DNA of 64,000 nt from positions 12,802,633 through 12,866,632 of the forward strand of contig OZ037769.1 of the NCBI GenBank assembly GCA_964035545.1, written 5' to 3'. Below the pieces are notes generated by a model that made no database searches, was not told the DNA's origin, and saw only the letters and a program-made list of their open reading frames with translations. The stretch comes from Bugula neritina. Taxonomy: Eukaryota > Animalia > Bryozoa. The translations under genes and the position numbers were made by a program. Below are positions 1-16,622 of this stretch, in pieces (the first letter of the stretch is position 1; every line of letters begins with the position of its first letter).

Positions 1-1364
1 AAGGTAGCCTTTAGGCACATCCCTCTCATCTACAGAACCACCTGTTGCTAAGTGACAAAGCTATAGCATGGCACTAAGAACCGTGAATTGCATTAATCAT
101 CTCATATATGATTGGCTACAGATTATTCAATAATAAGTTAGTATATATCCAGGGAAAATTTAATTCCCAGTGGCAATTCTTGCAACATTTATTTAAGGAA
201 AAGTTGGTTATTATAGGTAATGGGAGATGAGCTGAGGCGTTGTAATATCCTCTGCAAATTTCACTTATTTAGTATGCTTAGTTAAAATGAAAAGTTAATT
301 ATTGCAGTTTTTATGGGCTGATAATCTGGGAATATAGGGCTTAAAATTCTCTTTATGCAGTTCAGAGAAAACTTTAACTGACTAAAATACCTTAATTACA
401 GTTTTAAATTAACCAAAGTCATTTCCCAAACTTGAAGTTCCAGATTGTTTCAGGACAAACGTAAGAAATTATAAGCTGATTTCATGACATGGCAAGTGAA
501 AGTTGATTTACTGCATAGCTTTGGAAGGAGACCATCTAAAAGTAAATAGTAATAAGCCTCTTTTCAATGCTAATATATCTCTTGCCTATTTACTGAGTTA
601 AGTAGGCCTACTATAATCTAGTATTTATAAGTACCTATGTTATAGTTCTTAAAGTCACTCAAGCCAATAAATGATATATTGCAAGATTCTTAGTCACTCA
701 AGCTATTCAACTGTAGAGAAATTAGTTGCTATATACTGGTAAGAATGTCACAAAAGAAAAATGATTCCTTTAGCTATGGATTACTGAATGTACTGTTTAA
801 GGAACTAAGCCCTGTCAAGATTTACATGTTGAGAAATACAAGAATGATATATTGTCCTCATAAAAGCATTGAACCGGTTACTTGAAATATATGCCACATA
901 TAGCATACTGTCTAGCGTAATATAGTTCAAACTACAAAACTGCCTTAATTTAGTGCATTTGCTATACAATACAATTGAAGCTTTCTCCAAATTGCTCCCC
1001 ATAGTTTCTATTAACATGTTAAATTAAATTTAAAACTATTATATATATATTGATTAGTATAAATTATTTATAATTCTCACCTATTCTCACCTATATAATC
1101 TTCGCTTTGTCCTGTTTGGGTAGAAGGAATTACTATATTTATAAATTAGCTCTAAACTGCATGCTATATACTCACTGTGAATTGAGCACAGTAATATGCA
1201 GTTCACTCAGAGCCTGGATATGCATGTAACTGCTTTTGCAAACCTTTTCTGGGTTAACCTGGAATCTTAACAGAATTACTCTGCTTTTAGCTCAAGAATC
1301 AGTGATTGTAGATGAACTTCTTCATGCAGACCTGTCCAGCATGTTTTAACTATGATGTGGCTTA

Positions 1365-1870
1365 CAGCATGAGGGCAGACAACTACCTATTACAGATTGG
1401 TGCACATCATAAGAGCAGACAACTACCTGCTATACAGAGTAGTATGCAATATAAGGGCAGACAACTACCTATCACAGACTAGTGAAATGTTAAGGATCGA
1501 GTGGACAACTACCTATTGCAGAATAGTATGTGACATAAGGGTAGACAACTACTTATTGCAGATTGGTGTACATATCAAGGGCAGACAACTTCTTGCTAAA
1601 AAATAGTGGAAAGCATAAAAATCAACTACCTAGCTATTACAGGCTGGTGTACAGCGTAAGGGTAGACGACTACCTATTACAGACTAGTGTAAAATATAAG
1701 GGTAGACAACTACCTATTACATACTAGTGTAAAATATAAGGGTAGACAACTACCTATTACAGACTAGTGTAAAATATAAGGGTAGACAACTACCTATTAC
1801 AGACTAATGCAAACCAAAAGATTAGACAACTACCTTATAAAGACTGGTGTAAAGTATAAGGGTGGACAGC
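1365..1870. repeat. ~40-bp minisatellite, about 12 diverged copies
   Basis: Unit AAGGGTAGACAACTACCTATTACAGACTAGTGTAAAATAT is near-perfect at 1660-1800 and more degenerate toward 1365. Confidence 0.9.
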
Positions 1871-3416
1871 GCTACCATAATTTCATGAAATACATATAAT
1901 ATTGACATGAATCAATTTTTTTTTATAACAAGAATACAAACAACTGTATATCAGTAAGTTTTAGGGTGATGAATAAATCAAATACATATCTTTTAGCCAT
2001 TTAACTTTGCTATATCAAATTATAGAGATATTACCAATTTTAACAATTAGTATAATTAGTTATGGTAATTAGTTATAACATTACAGAGTTTACTAGCAAA
2101 AGTCACACAAAGGAGCTACAATTATTTTAAAATGAATAAACTGGGTTGATCAAAAAACTTATAATGGTCACAGAAAAATTGTCACTTATAGGAAAACTAT
2201 GTGCTTGGATCGACATTTTCATTGTCACTTCCTTAATCTAAGAAAATTACTTTAAAATACAGATTATTATAAAATAACTCAGCTAACCACAATAATATAA
2301 TTTTGCCATCTTGCAATAATTGTTATTATTGTAGTACATTATGCTATAGATTTGCTATATTTCGACACTCCCAGACACAGCATGCTGGTATAAATTACAT
2401 AAGTGCCAGAATAATGGCACCATAATAGCTACAGCATGTACCGTAATTGAAAAGTTAATTTCAATGTTGCTTTGGTTCCCAAGCATATAATCTATAATTT
2501 CAATAATTAAAGAGACAACCAAACAGTTTTCTCCTACACTAATAGCATAGTAATTTTATTTTGTCTAGCTACGATATTGTATTATAATCAGTATATTACT
2601 TATTATATATATATAACTACATAACTTATAGATTTTTTTTATTTGAATACGTTACAAATAATAAATTATCTCCATACGTAAAATTATATAATTAAAGCCT
2701 ACTAGAGGTCTTGATTGCACTAAAGTCAACATATATAATATGTTCATGCATCTAGTAAGATATGATGAAACTGCTAATATAACAGTAATTTATTGTAGCA
2801 CAATTATTTTATAAGACCAATAATCGTTATATTATTGTCAATTACACTTGTTGTGAATAATAACACGTTGATTTAATTCTAGCGACATTTAAGTTAGGTC
2901 TGTTATAGGTGTCTAATTTTTAACCTAATTGCACAAAGCCTCTGACTCGGCAGCATGATTTTACAGAGTAGATAAACCTGATATAATAGTTTTATTATGT
3001 TGGCTCAATTTTATCTAAGAAAGGCACACATGCAGCTGCTGAGTAACCTACATTATGCAAATCAGCTAAAGTTTTAGGCCAATAATAAATTAAAATAAGT
3101 GTGATGAACATAAAATACCTATATCATTTAAAACATCTAAAAATTTAATAACATTTATTGCAGACCTATCATACATGATGTTCAAATACCTTTGATTACA
3201 AATCCTGCATGTAAGTGAAGCTTATTTATATTTTGTAAAATACCATTGAGTGTGATAGAATGTTGGTATATCAGTTTATATATTCACTATATTGCTTGCA
3301 TGCATACATAACATACTTTTTTTACCGGCAAAATATAATAAGGATAGCTCAGGGCATTTACCAATTAGTCTTGCAGAAATTAATAAGTTATCTCTCCAAA
3401 TTTTGCATCGTACTTT

Positions 3417-3418
<2 letters not shown>

Positions 3419-3476
<58 letters not shown>

Positions 3477-3714
3477 TCACACTCACACTCACACTCACAC
3501 TCACACTCACACTCACACTCACACTCACACTCACACTCACACACACACACCCAAACACCCAAACACCCAAACACCCAAACACACACACACCCAAACACAC
3601 ACACACCCAAACACACACACACCCAAACACACACACCCAAACACACACACCCAAACACACACACCCAAACACACACACCCTAACACACACACCCAAACAC
3701 CCAAACACACACAC
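3419..3714. repeat. Compound microsatellite (CA)n/(CACACT)n/(CACCCAAA)n
   Basis: Directly visible; explains the spurious HT/VC-repeat ORFs. Confidence 0.97.
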
Positions 3715-4153
3715 AAGAATTATAGCAGACACAATTATGGTGATCTGCTATAAAATTTGAAATCTAGCTGCGCTGTAACTACATTATAGTACCTATAACA
3801 TTCTAATTATATAGTACATTGTCTATTCAATAATAGTATACTATCTTTCATTATCTAGTGTTCAAATTGACTGCAGTTGTGAAAAAATTAACTTGCATGA
3901 AAAATAACTTTAAACTCAAACTTCTATTGGTTAACATAATATTTTAAATACTTTTACTTCAGCTGTTTTATAATAAATAGTAGTTATATAGAAGCAAAAT
4001 TACCCATATTTTCATATAATAAGAGGTTATATAGCACGCCAAGGAATTCTATAAAAGCAAAATTTCGACAAAGCTAAGTTATAATTCTATTTAGTACGCA
4101 TGCTGGCAATCTGTATTGAATTCATTTCTTCAGCCTAAACCCTGACTAAAAGA

Positions 4154-5649
4154 ATGAAGCTACTGCTATCTACTTTTCTATATCTGTTTATTGTGGAGGT
4201 AAGTTTTCCACATATAAAAATTATACTTGTGCTTGCCTTACTTTTTATATAAATGACTGTTTTATTGAAATAAATTCTTGCATGCATGTTATAGCTAAAT
4301 CTATACCTAATGTAAATAAAATCCAGCAACATCATATCTGTTTGAGAGTTTTTTCACTCTTCAAATAATTACAATTAGTGGTTGCAGGATTATTAGCTAT
4401 TATATAATACTTAATGAAATTTTCTAAGTTTTCTAATTGATATGAAATTATATCTTTATACTATAAAACATTATATAGCTTAAACTTTATATATATAATT
4501 AATTAGTACTGCAAAGTCCTGATAATATAAATTGGATAAAGACAAAAAGTTGAAAATATTCTATTTTAATTAATTTCTTTAAAACAGTTTGATTGGCAAA
4601 TATTGGTGTTCCTTTATAGTTTTGCATAATTATAATTGTAGCAACTGGCAACGGCTCTTTCTTATAAAGGGAAAGGTGTTACATATACTGTAATTGATGA
4701 AGTACACTTACCAACTCACACTGAAGAGAAAGGTAAAACATCTGCTGGAGATGACAAAGAAAGCTCATTAATTCAAACCAACAAGAAAAATGAAACATTC
4801 ACTGGAGATGATGAGAAAAATGCACTGGCTCAAACTAAAGAGAACAATGTAACAAATACTGGAGATGATAAAGAAAGCCCACTAACTCAAACTGAAGAAA
4901 ACAATGTAACAATTACTGAAGATAAAGAGAAAAGCTCACTAACTCAAACTAAAAAGAAAAATGAAACATTTGCTGGAGATGATGAGAAAAATGCACTGAC
5001 TCAGACTAAAGAAAACAATGTAACAAATACTGGAGATGAAAAAGTAAGCCTACTGACTCAAACTAAAGGAACAAATGTAACAAATACTGGAGATGATGAA
5101 AAAAGAGAACTGGCTGAAACTAAAGAGAACAATGTAACAAATACCGAAGATGAAAAAGTAAGCCTACTGACTCAAACTGAAGGAACAAATGTAACAAATA
5201 CTGGAGATGATAAAGAAAACCCACTAACTCAAACTGAAGGCAAAGATGAAACATTTACTGGAGATGATGAGAAAAGAGCACTGACTGAAACTAAAGAGAA
5301 CAATGTAACATCTACTGGAGATGAAGAAGAAAGCCTACTGACTCAAACTAAAGGAAAAGACGAAACAATTATTGAAGATGATAAAGAAAGCCCACTAACT
5401 CAAACTGAAGAAAGAGATGAAGCAAATCCTAAAGATGATGAAGAAAGTGGACTAACTGATATCCAGGAGGCTCTCCTTAAAGGCGTAGACATCTTGTGGA
5501 GAGTGGTTAGTGGAGAAGATGGTAAAACTGAGAAGACGGACACAACATCCAACTCTGATACAACTGATTCAACTGAAACCACTCCAACATCTAGTTCAAA
5601 TTGGGCCAAACTAAGGAAAAACATTGAGGCAATTATCAAAATTGGATAA
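4154..5649 (+). CDS. Predicted secreted acidic repeat protein, 350 aa, 2 exons: join(4154..4198,4642..5649)
   Basis: Exon 1 MKLLLSTFLYLFIVE|gtaagt; acceptor ttgtag|CAA. Exon 2 is open for 1008 nt: QLATA/LSYKGKG, ~12.5 x 19-aa (57-nt) repeats such as TGDDKESPLTQTEENNVTN, ending SNWAKLRKNIEAIIKIG*. AATAAA at ~5795. Confidence 0.85.
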
Positions 5650-7831
5650 CTTCAAACAAAGCTGGCAAGGGTGATGGGTTAACTATAAATATATATTAAA
5701 CCATTATGTCAAAGTGTTCTGTTTTATTATTGCCTGAACGGAGTTTTATTTTGGTTGAATTCCTGTAATCCACTTTTATTGCTATAATGAAATTTAATAA
5801 ACTTCTCCAAACTCAAACCTTGGTATATTAAAAGCCTAAGATATGTTGATTGCATGAAATTATCTCATTATATAGCTATTTCATAACAGCTTTGTTATGT
5901 ATATAGCTGTGATATTCTCAATGCATTCAATGCATTCAATGCGTGGCTGTTTCAAATAGTGGTCATGGAACATAAATAAAAATGTTCAAATATACATAAT
6001 TTTAGCATTTAATATACATTGACACTAAAGTTCAGCAATTTGACAATATTTTACTTTACCTATAAGTATAAAGTAGCTTTCAAACTTTAATATAAATGAC
6101 CAGTTATTAGAATGTTGCTTAAATTCAAAGCTCAAGCATCTTCAGCAAACTGAGAAAGAAATTTTCCCAAATTTATACCATCAATTTGACAAATTGTAAA
6201 ATATGAAATTGAGATTGCAGATCAAAATCTAGTTACTAAGTTACCAAAATTTGAACAAAATATAATTAGTATTATATAACAATCTGTACTTGCATCAAAA
6301 GGCAACTTAACTAGTCATTGTGAAGCTTCTCTCAAGCTTTTGTAATATTATGTCATAGCTGATAATTGTTTATATAATTACAATTGTGAATTTCTTGAAA
6401 TAAAAGCTGTTAACTTGCAAGGATAAACTAGCAAAGGCTTTTAGCCTCTGGTTCTATACAAACGAAGATTCAGCCATTTTAAGTATCATGGCTGTTAAAA
6501 GTCTGTAACTGGTTTGCTTTAAAATTACGACATCTTTTAGCACATTCTTCATTGATTGATTACAAGCTGAAATGATGATGTATTGGAGTTGTGTTCCTAT
6601 TTAGTAGGTATTGTTGGTAGAAAGTTTAATATTCTGTCTTTAGCTGCAATTGAATTTAGTGTACAAGTGTTGTGATCAATCATTTAAACAATTAATGAGG
6701 CAACCTCATTAATTGCTATATCTGAGTATATTTTATTTTCTCAATTACTCATCAAAGTGTGCTTGGTCCTTATAGAGGCTTATTATAATTATATATATAT
6801 ATAGGAAATTATATAAATTTCAATGCAAAATGATGGAAAACATTTTGTCAAATTAATTGCTGCAGTTGCAGTTGTAATACCAACTTCTGCTCAACTCTAT
6901 ATCAGTTTATTACAAGCATGGGCAAGTTGTAGGGTTCAAACAACTGAACAGAGAGTAAATACAAAAATTTCTTCGCTCTTTTATCAACTTAAACCTGTTG
7001 AACTATACAAGCTTTCACAATCATGGCATTACTTTAGAATTATCTTCTCCTTTGAATTAACAAATACAAACTTTTGTTTCACTAGTATAGAATAGTTCAT
7101 TCAATAATTGCCAACTCTCTGATCCATGATGAAGTAATACTGTTTACTCCTTGCACATCTAATAATTCCTGTATATTTTTTGCCGCATCTGTATATACAA
7201 TCCTGCCTTTTACCCAGTAAATAATATTTCATAATCAATGTCAACCACAGCAATAGAGTGTTTAGCTGAAGAAAAGCTCTCTAGCTATCTAAAATACAGT
7301 CCAAAGCCATAAATATATGTTGAATTATGTTAAAGGTATAATATTACAGTGTCGTATTATGTCTTTATAACTTGTTTGCTATATATCATATTTCATGCAT
7401 GGTTTACCAAAAAAATATATATGCTGCATTTGACCAACACCCTTATAAATTGTTTATAAATTTAATGCTGCTTGTTATATTAGAAGCTAACATTTACCAG
7501 TGAGTTATCTTATAGTTACTTTGAATTAACACCTCACACCAGCAAATCAGGTGGTAAATGAATAGTTCTCAGGAGTAGAAGCTTAAGTTATAACAGGTCA
7601 AGTAATTGAAACTGAAACATGAATGTGGCTCTCCAGGTAGCACAGCCTATCTATTATATACCCAACCAAAATATGCTTAATAGCATATTTGTAAATAAAG
7701 TTATGTAATAATTCACAGCATGCTAAAGCAGGTCTATTCATACATTACAAATATTACCTTTTGGCTGTATGCAGCAACACTATTTGGTAAAGTTGTTTGA
7801 CCAGAAAAACTGTTAGAGTTTTACTACAAGA

Positions 7832-8617
7832 ATGAAAAGTTTACATGTATTTGCTTGTATTTTTGCTGTACATGTAAGTATCAAGTTTAATTATAACATT
7901 TTTAAACATCTCATGCCTCTTATATCAAATTCATCAATAGAAGTTCTTGAAAGTACGTTTTGTCATTTTTAACATTGTTTGGATTATTTTTGTAATTTAA
8001 AAATAATTATTTGGTGTAATCCAATAATTGTTTGAGGCGTATCAGATAATTATTGCAACTTCAGCCTTCTGCTACAGTATCTTTCAAACATATTTTTTAA
8101 ACATGCGATGCTATATGATGGTTTCAGCTTAAAACTGTTTGTAATTGTTCATAACTGTTTGTAATTGTTCAATATATATATATATATTATAATGTTCTAC
8201 ATTTGGCAGATGGTCGTGGAGGGCACACTGTATGACCAGTCCCCCAGAATGAGTGATTTAGCCCATTTAATTATCAACCTTGTAAAGGCGGAGCAGGTCC
8301 AGCGTGAAGAATCGCCTCTCACTGATTTGCTGAGTCTGAACAGTTCTCTGAGTCAGCCACTGCTGACGTACGAGCAACTTTTCTACACGCTTCATCCTAC
8401 AACTCTAAGCCCAGACGAGCTTGGTGGAGACTTTTCCCACCGACTCCCTGGATACGTGGAGGATCATAGATGTGTGATGGTTTGTTACTGGTGCTATGCA
8501 GCTGGAGAACTTGAAGAGGACGTTGCTAATGACTGCCTTACAAGGTGCCCTGTCCCAAATTCTGAAAAGCTATCGTGTCCATCTTACCCTTATGAAGAAA
8601 GCACAGAGAGTTTTTGA
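7832..8617 (+). CDS. Six-Cys secreted prepropeptide, copy 1 (149 aa): join(7832..7873,8210..8617)
   Basis: MKSLHVFACIFAVH|gtaagt ... ggcag|MVVEG/TLYD; C-terminal CVMVCYWC-x13-CLTRC-x9-CPSY. Confidence 0.88.
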
Positions 8618-10218
8618 GAGCTTTATAAACACTGTATATTTGTTTTACTTTTAGTTATACATCCTTTTGTCGATGCCTGTGTTTGATATTACCATGGCTA
8701 CACATTGTGATCCTATAATTACTATAATGCTAACATATTCTAGCATTATTCAGTAATTTTTATTTACTATTACCAGTTATCAATTTGTAGTTATAAGCAT
8801 AAAGTGACGAACCAAACTATAAATAAACGTTCAGTTATAACTAACTCTTCCTTGCCCATAAGCTTAATAATCAATTTTAATGATTTGATTCACTTTTCGA
8901 TAAAGTTTACTTTAATTGTGCATGGTTTTTATTTGCTCACACTTGTCTTATTCAAAATTCAGGAATATCTTAAATATTCAAGCTGTTATATATAATGATT
9001 ATATTATAATAACTTTACTAAGATTTTCTGTTACTTATATAATATAAAACAATTAGAATTGTTTTTGAGAATAATTTGTTATGACCCATTGTTTCTCGTC
9101 AAAGTCAACTTTATAGCAGTTTATTATATTAGCATCTACAAGTTTTAATGTTCAAACTGGAACAGATCAAATAAATTCCCAGCCGTTACAGCCTTGTCAC
9201 CTGTTTACCTACAAGCTTATACAGTCATGGCATTGCTGGTGATCACATTGCACTTCAGAATTATCTTCTCTTTTAAATTACTGAATATAAACTTGTGTTT
9301 AAATAATAACATAATAATTTATTTGCTAGAAGTCCAATTTCTGATCCATGATTAGATAATTCTGGTCATTTACTAATTCTTATATCTCTTTTCCTAAAAC
9401 AAGATGTTTTTTGTGTATACAAATAATTAATTTTATTTTCAGTAAATAATCTGTCAGAATGAACACAGCAAAAATTTTCTATAGCTTAATTAAAAAGTAT
9501 GTGATATTCTCTATAAAAATAAAATGCAGTTATATAAAGCTGTAAGTATATATGTTGAATTTTAAAAAGTATATTAAATTAGAATGTTTCATTATATCTC
9601 TATAACTTGCCTGTGTACTGTAACAGATTTTGGTGACGCCCGATCTGGTTTTCAGCCACCCGAATCTGTTGATTCATCTTCTCTCTCTCTTTTACACAAA
9701 GAGTGCCTATGCTCTGCAGGTGTAGCATAACTTTTGGTGAACCCCCAGTAATTTTACAACCTGCATTCCACTCCAAGTGTAAAATTACTACAATATCAAA
9801 CATCTGTCTTAATTTTACTGTTTATAGCAGAAGATTGTATTTGGCCAAACTTTTATAATTTTAAAGATAGAGCCATATAGTCATATTCAAAACTAACTAA
9901 TAATAATTTCGATTTATAAAGAAACTTGCAATTTTATGGAACAAAGGCAGAAAACAAAGGAAAGGTTTTCAGCAGTAGAATTATAATAATATAGATTAAC
10001 TAATTCATACTGAAATTTGGTCATAATGAAATCCAATTAAAGCAACCCATTTATTATACCCAAACAAGAAGTACCTAATAACATATTTGTGAATAAAGTT
10101 ATGTATTAATTCACAGCATGTCTATTTGTATATTACAAATATTACCTTTTGGTTATTTGCATGATTATACATTTGCATGAAAAGAAGTACATATAGCTGT
10201 TAGAATTTTACTTCAATT

Positions 10219-11995
<1,777 letters not shown>

Positions 11996-12391
11996 AGTGT
12001 TTTGAGTGTTTAGATTTGTATATTTGTTTTACGTCTGTACATCTTTTTGCAATATATTATGCGGTGTTTGAGATATATACTAATTATTATATGTCAATAC
12101 ATTGCGATCTTTTAATGGAAAGATAATCATGCTATAGCATTATTCAGTAAATGTTTTGCTTATGGTACGAGTTATCAATTTGCAGTTAGATTAATAAAAT
12201 TGTGAGCTAAACTATAAAGTCTGCAGTTGCTCTCTCTTGCATATAATATATATCAGCTTTAGTTCACCTCTAGCAATTACTTTTAATAACTTGGTTCACG
12301 TTTTTATAAAGTTTATTTCTATACACTATGATATTTGCCAACACTTGTTTTTAAAATCCATGGAAATACCCCAAAGATTGGTATGCATGCA

Positions 12392-12469
<78 letters not shown>

Positions 12470-15442
12470 AAATTTTAGCATCAAACATCATGTATACGCT
12501 GCCTTCATCACTCCAGAGCTTCTCACTTTAGAAAGTTGAAATTATTTCAGCAATTGCATGACACTATCATTACAAATAAACACACAATCTCTCTTATACA
12601 GCAAACTATGATAAATGGCATTTGGTTATATATATATAAACGTTTATATTTCAGTTGTGAGTTATAAGTGTTTGTATAATAACACGTTCTTAACAAAATT
12701 TCAAGACCGTAATTTTATGTTCTATACCCGCACATCTACAAATTACATATAGTATGGTAAATTAAGTGGCATGCAGGTTGATAAACTTAGTATTTCTGCT
12801 TTTGGTATTAATTTTGCTATTTCTTGCTCAGTGGGCGATCTATCATGGTAATAACAATTTCCAGTACTGAGATATACACACAATTAGGTTGCTTTAAATG
12901 TTACACTCATTGATTTTAAAATATCTAATTCAAATGCTTAAATTTTAATTTTTTCCAAAGCATTTACCGCAACTGCAGTTAATTTGATCAAAGCCTAATT
13001 TGTTTGAAAGGACATCTAACTTATGGCTTGGCTTCCATGTACTGGTTTGTTAGTAAAGCTTTAAATTATTATATAATAAAGGTATTTTCTTAAAACTAAA
13101 TGCAATATAAATAAAGGTATAAAAATATTTTGCCTGCACAGCAAAGCAGTTTATAGTCTATTCAACCAAATTAAAGGACTATTGATATGTATTCAATGCC
13201 TTTTAATTGTAAATCCTAACACAGCCATAAGTAATGTTTAAGCAGTGTATATAACTATGTTGAAAGAATTTTATTCCAACATTGCAATGGAATAATAACT
13301 CCAGTTATGGGAAATATCCATGAGAAAGTTTAATAAAATCTGCATGTTGCTATAGCCCTATATTCAATCAGAACTTATAAAAAGTTTATTTCCCCTATTT
13401 AGCATTTTTCAATTATTAGATATGATTTGTGATATATTAATATTATTGAAAATTATATAATTTATTATAAATTATAGAATAAGTCAAATAACTTGTGGCT
13501 ATATAAGCTGATGACATATTATATATTACATTAAGCATACAGTTTGTAGCATATTGAATGGGGTATAAAAAACTAAATTGTTGTATTAAAATTTTTAATT
13601 AATTAAGAAAGTTGTCATTACTTTCCAGATAATGATAATTTAATGCCATGTATCTCAAAAATATTTTAAGAGCAACATAAATGTACGAATGCAACTAATA
13701 ATGCTAAACTCTAACCTCTTTTTTGTGCAACTCCAACTACGCTGATGCCAAAATTTAGTTTTTCATTGGCATTAAACTTATTAAAATATTAAATTGCAAT
13801 GAAGTTACACAGCTTTGTTCTTTTGTAACACCAATAGAGCTATATTTCAAAATATTTCAAAATAATATAATTGCAATAATACGAATCAGATGGCTGCACA
13901 TTCTAATATTATTTGGATATATTATAATTTCATCATTTAAATGCAGAATCAAAATTATAATCTCTTGGAAGAATTGAAACAGGAATTTTGCTCAACTTGA
14001 AAACAAGCATTTATATATTTATGTAGCACATGGTAATAATTTTCACTTAGCAGACATGTTAATATTGTCTAACAGAGACAAACATATAATTATTGTCTAG
14101 AAAGGATTGTAATAAAACACAAGTCATGTTTAAAACACAAACAAAACCAAAGCATCAAAGCTCCTGCAGGTGTAGAGAATGAAAAACATAGCATCAGGAG
14201 ACTAGCTAAAATAACATTGCAACAAGACATTTAGTGTTATTGACATTTCTAAAAGCTTTACTACTATATTATAATATTATGTGCAACCTGCACAGTTAAG
14301 AGTTATGTTCCCTACTTTTGTCTGTAGATTTTCTTTGATAAGAAACTGTTATGACACTCCTCTAAGTTCTGCAAGTAGCAATTTAAGTAATAGGCCTGTA
14401 ATTATTTCTCAGTTTTCTTTATAAACAAACATATTCATACTTCAACTTGCAGTTATTATTCTTTATTCTAAAACTATCAAAATAACAATTATTTCAGCAA
14501 GTTGAGAGTAAAATTACAAAGGAATAAGTATGTTGCCCACAGAGTAGTTGTCTTATTTAAACAAAACCCCACCCAGTCAGAAAATAGGCAGTAGTGGTTA
14601 TTATACAGTGCTGGATTAGTAAACATGAGCATTCAGTCAAAGTTGTCCCTCTGCCACATAAGAAAAGTCCTTACCCTACTTTAAAACACTTTTTTTTACT
14701 AAGGGGTCCTCAGAGAGAAAATGACATTAAACTCAGATTAGTTTTGTTAACAAATAAACAGTATAGAAAGTATTTTTATGTAATATTTCACATATGATTT
14801 TAGTTGTATATGTTGCACCAGGAAGTGCTACTACTGTAAGCTGAATCAGTATTCAGGCTGCTGTTTGAAGTTGAATTGATTAAAAATTCTCTTGACTCTA
14901 TAATATGTATGCGCTGCATGTTAGATGATCTAAGTGAAAAATATTCAAGATATTATATATATAATATAATGTTATCATAAATTTCCTGTCGTGAGGTTAA
15001 TCAAGTGGAACTGCAAAACTATATTATAACGTAATGTTTCAATTTCTGGTAAAGAGATCTTCTATACTCTTTTTAAATTTTCTAAGTCAGCTGATTATGG
15101 CAAACGAGAATCGAAAAATGAAAGATATTGCAACGTGTGCTGAGCTAACTAAAAGGATACAAAAAACTGGACATTGAGTCGTCATCGAAGGTGATCACCA
15201 AACTTTTGTTTATTGAAAGCAAAATTATAATGCTATACATTATAGGCAAACCCTTAAAATTATAATAATGCAAACAACTTGTTTAAAGCTTACTTTAAAA
15301 ATTGTAAACTAAATAATTTTGCAGCCTCGTGCTAAGGTTTTGGTTTTCTGCGCTGCAAAAGGAACAAAATCACTATAATATACTTACATTAAATTTTAAA
15401 AATCAAGAAATGAGCAATTATCAATTTTAAAAAATAACCTAA

Positions 15443-16622
15443 TTATTCTTCTGAAAATTGTTGAGAAGGATATGAAGGACAAGTTGTTAGTACACTGCTA
15501 TTGATAACACATCTCCCTATGCACTCATTAGCTTCTGCTTCTCCAATCTCGTCAGCTGCATAGCACAGGTAACACCTCTGAACACACCGAGGGTCTACCG
15601 CGTCAATCTGATGATGCAACAGGGTGTCATCGGAGCTCTCGCCATCATCCGGGAGTTCGTCTTCACTTTCTTCAGAATCTAAACTTGCTGAGAGAAGTTC
15701 TGCTAGCACGTGATGTACATCTTCTGCTGCTGATGAACTCTGATTGGAGGTCAAACTGACAAGGTCACTTAAAGGTGAATCTTCACGGTTTCTCTGCTCA
15801 GTCCTGACACGCGCAATGATCATGTCACTAAGTACACTAGTCTCAGGGTGCTCATCATATAATGTGCCTGAAACTGACATCCACTAAAACATAATCAGTT
15901 TGAGCTCTGGTAGTAAATACGCTATATATCTTTGTATAAAATACTGCATTCATTACTCTATTTCTATAAAGTTTTAAATTCAATTAAACTGCTAAAAACT
16001 AACTATATCACGTCACCTTGCATCAAAATATATTTTTACAATTTGCATAAAAGAAAGCATGAGTAAGTTATAATTTCAATTTGAAGCTATTTTCTAATAA
16101 ACTTAATATTATAATGTATGAAATTCAATAGATTAAACATAGTATACAACATGGTTACTTAAAGTACTGCATTATTGCAAACTATTATAGCCTATATCTG
16201 TCATGATAACCACTATAAACCATACAGATTATAAATGCATTGTTCTGTTACCACACGTATGTATAAAGGCCTGAAAAAGGTTCTATAATGTAATAGAAAG
16301 TATTAATAGGTACTATTAAGTTGCTTATACTAGTATGTTGTAATTAATTGTTTTGTATAGAAAGAAAAAAATATATAAGCAAGATTTCAAATAATATAAT
16401 ATGAAAAACTTGTTCATTAGTATTAAAGATATAACTATAACATGTATAGTATTGTATTATGTAATAAGCTATAAGTTTTACAAATTATACCAAATTTATG
16501 GGTACATATATACCCTAAAAATATTTTTATATTTTTTTTAAAAACCAACAAGAAAATTTCACTGAAAAAATACTCACTGTTAGCGTAAGAACTAATACAG
16601 TTGCATGTAGTAAAGCCTGCAT
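15443..16622 (-). CDS. Six-Cys secreted prepropeptide, copy 3: complement(join(15443..15883,16578..16622))
   Basis: MQALLHATVLVLTLT|gtgagt ... ttttag|WMSVSG/TLYDE; acidic linker; CVQRCYLC-x13-CIGRC-x9-CPSY. Confidence 0.88.

Noticed and set aside
1-1335. Possible minus-strand exons (1-41, GSVDERDVPKGYL; ~1176-1258)
   Set aside because: Splice-like signals exist, but phases do not join and no homology is recognisable.
1365-1870. CRISPR-like appearance (conserved hairpin plus variable part)
   Set aside because: The variable parts are short and related to each other, there are no cas genes, and the context is eukaryotic; this is a minisatellite.
3260-3760. His/Thr- and Cys/Val-rich ORFs
   Set aside because: Translations of the compound CA microsatellite, open in several frames on both strands.
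5400-5639. Minus-strand 79-aa ORF, and similar shadows at 35780, 38371, 46855, 51905, 55560, 58132
   Set aside because: Antisense shadows of real coding exons.
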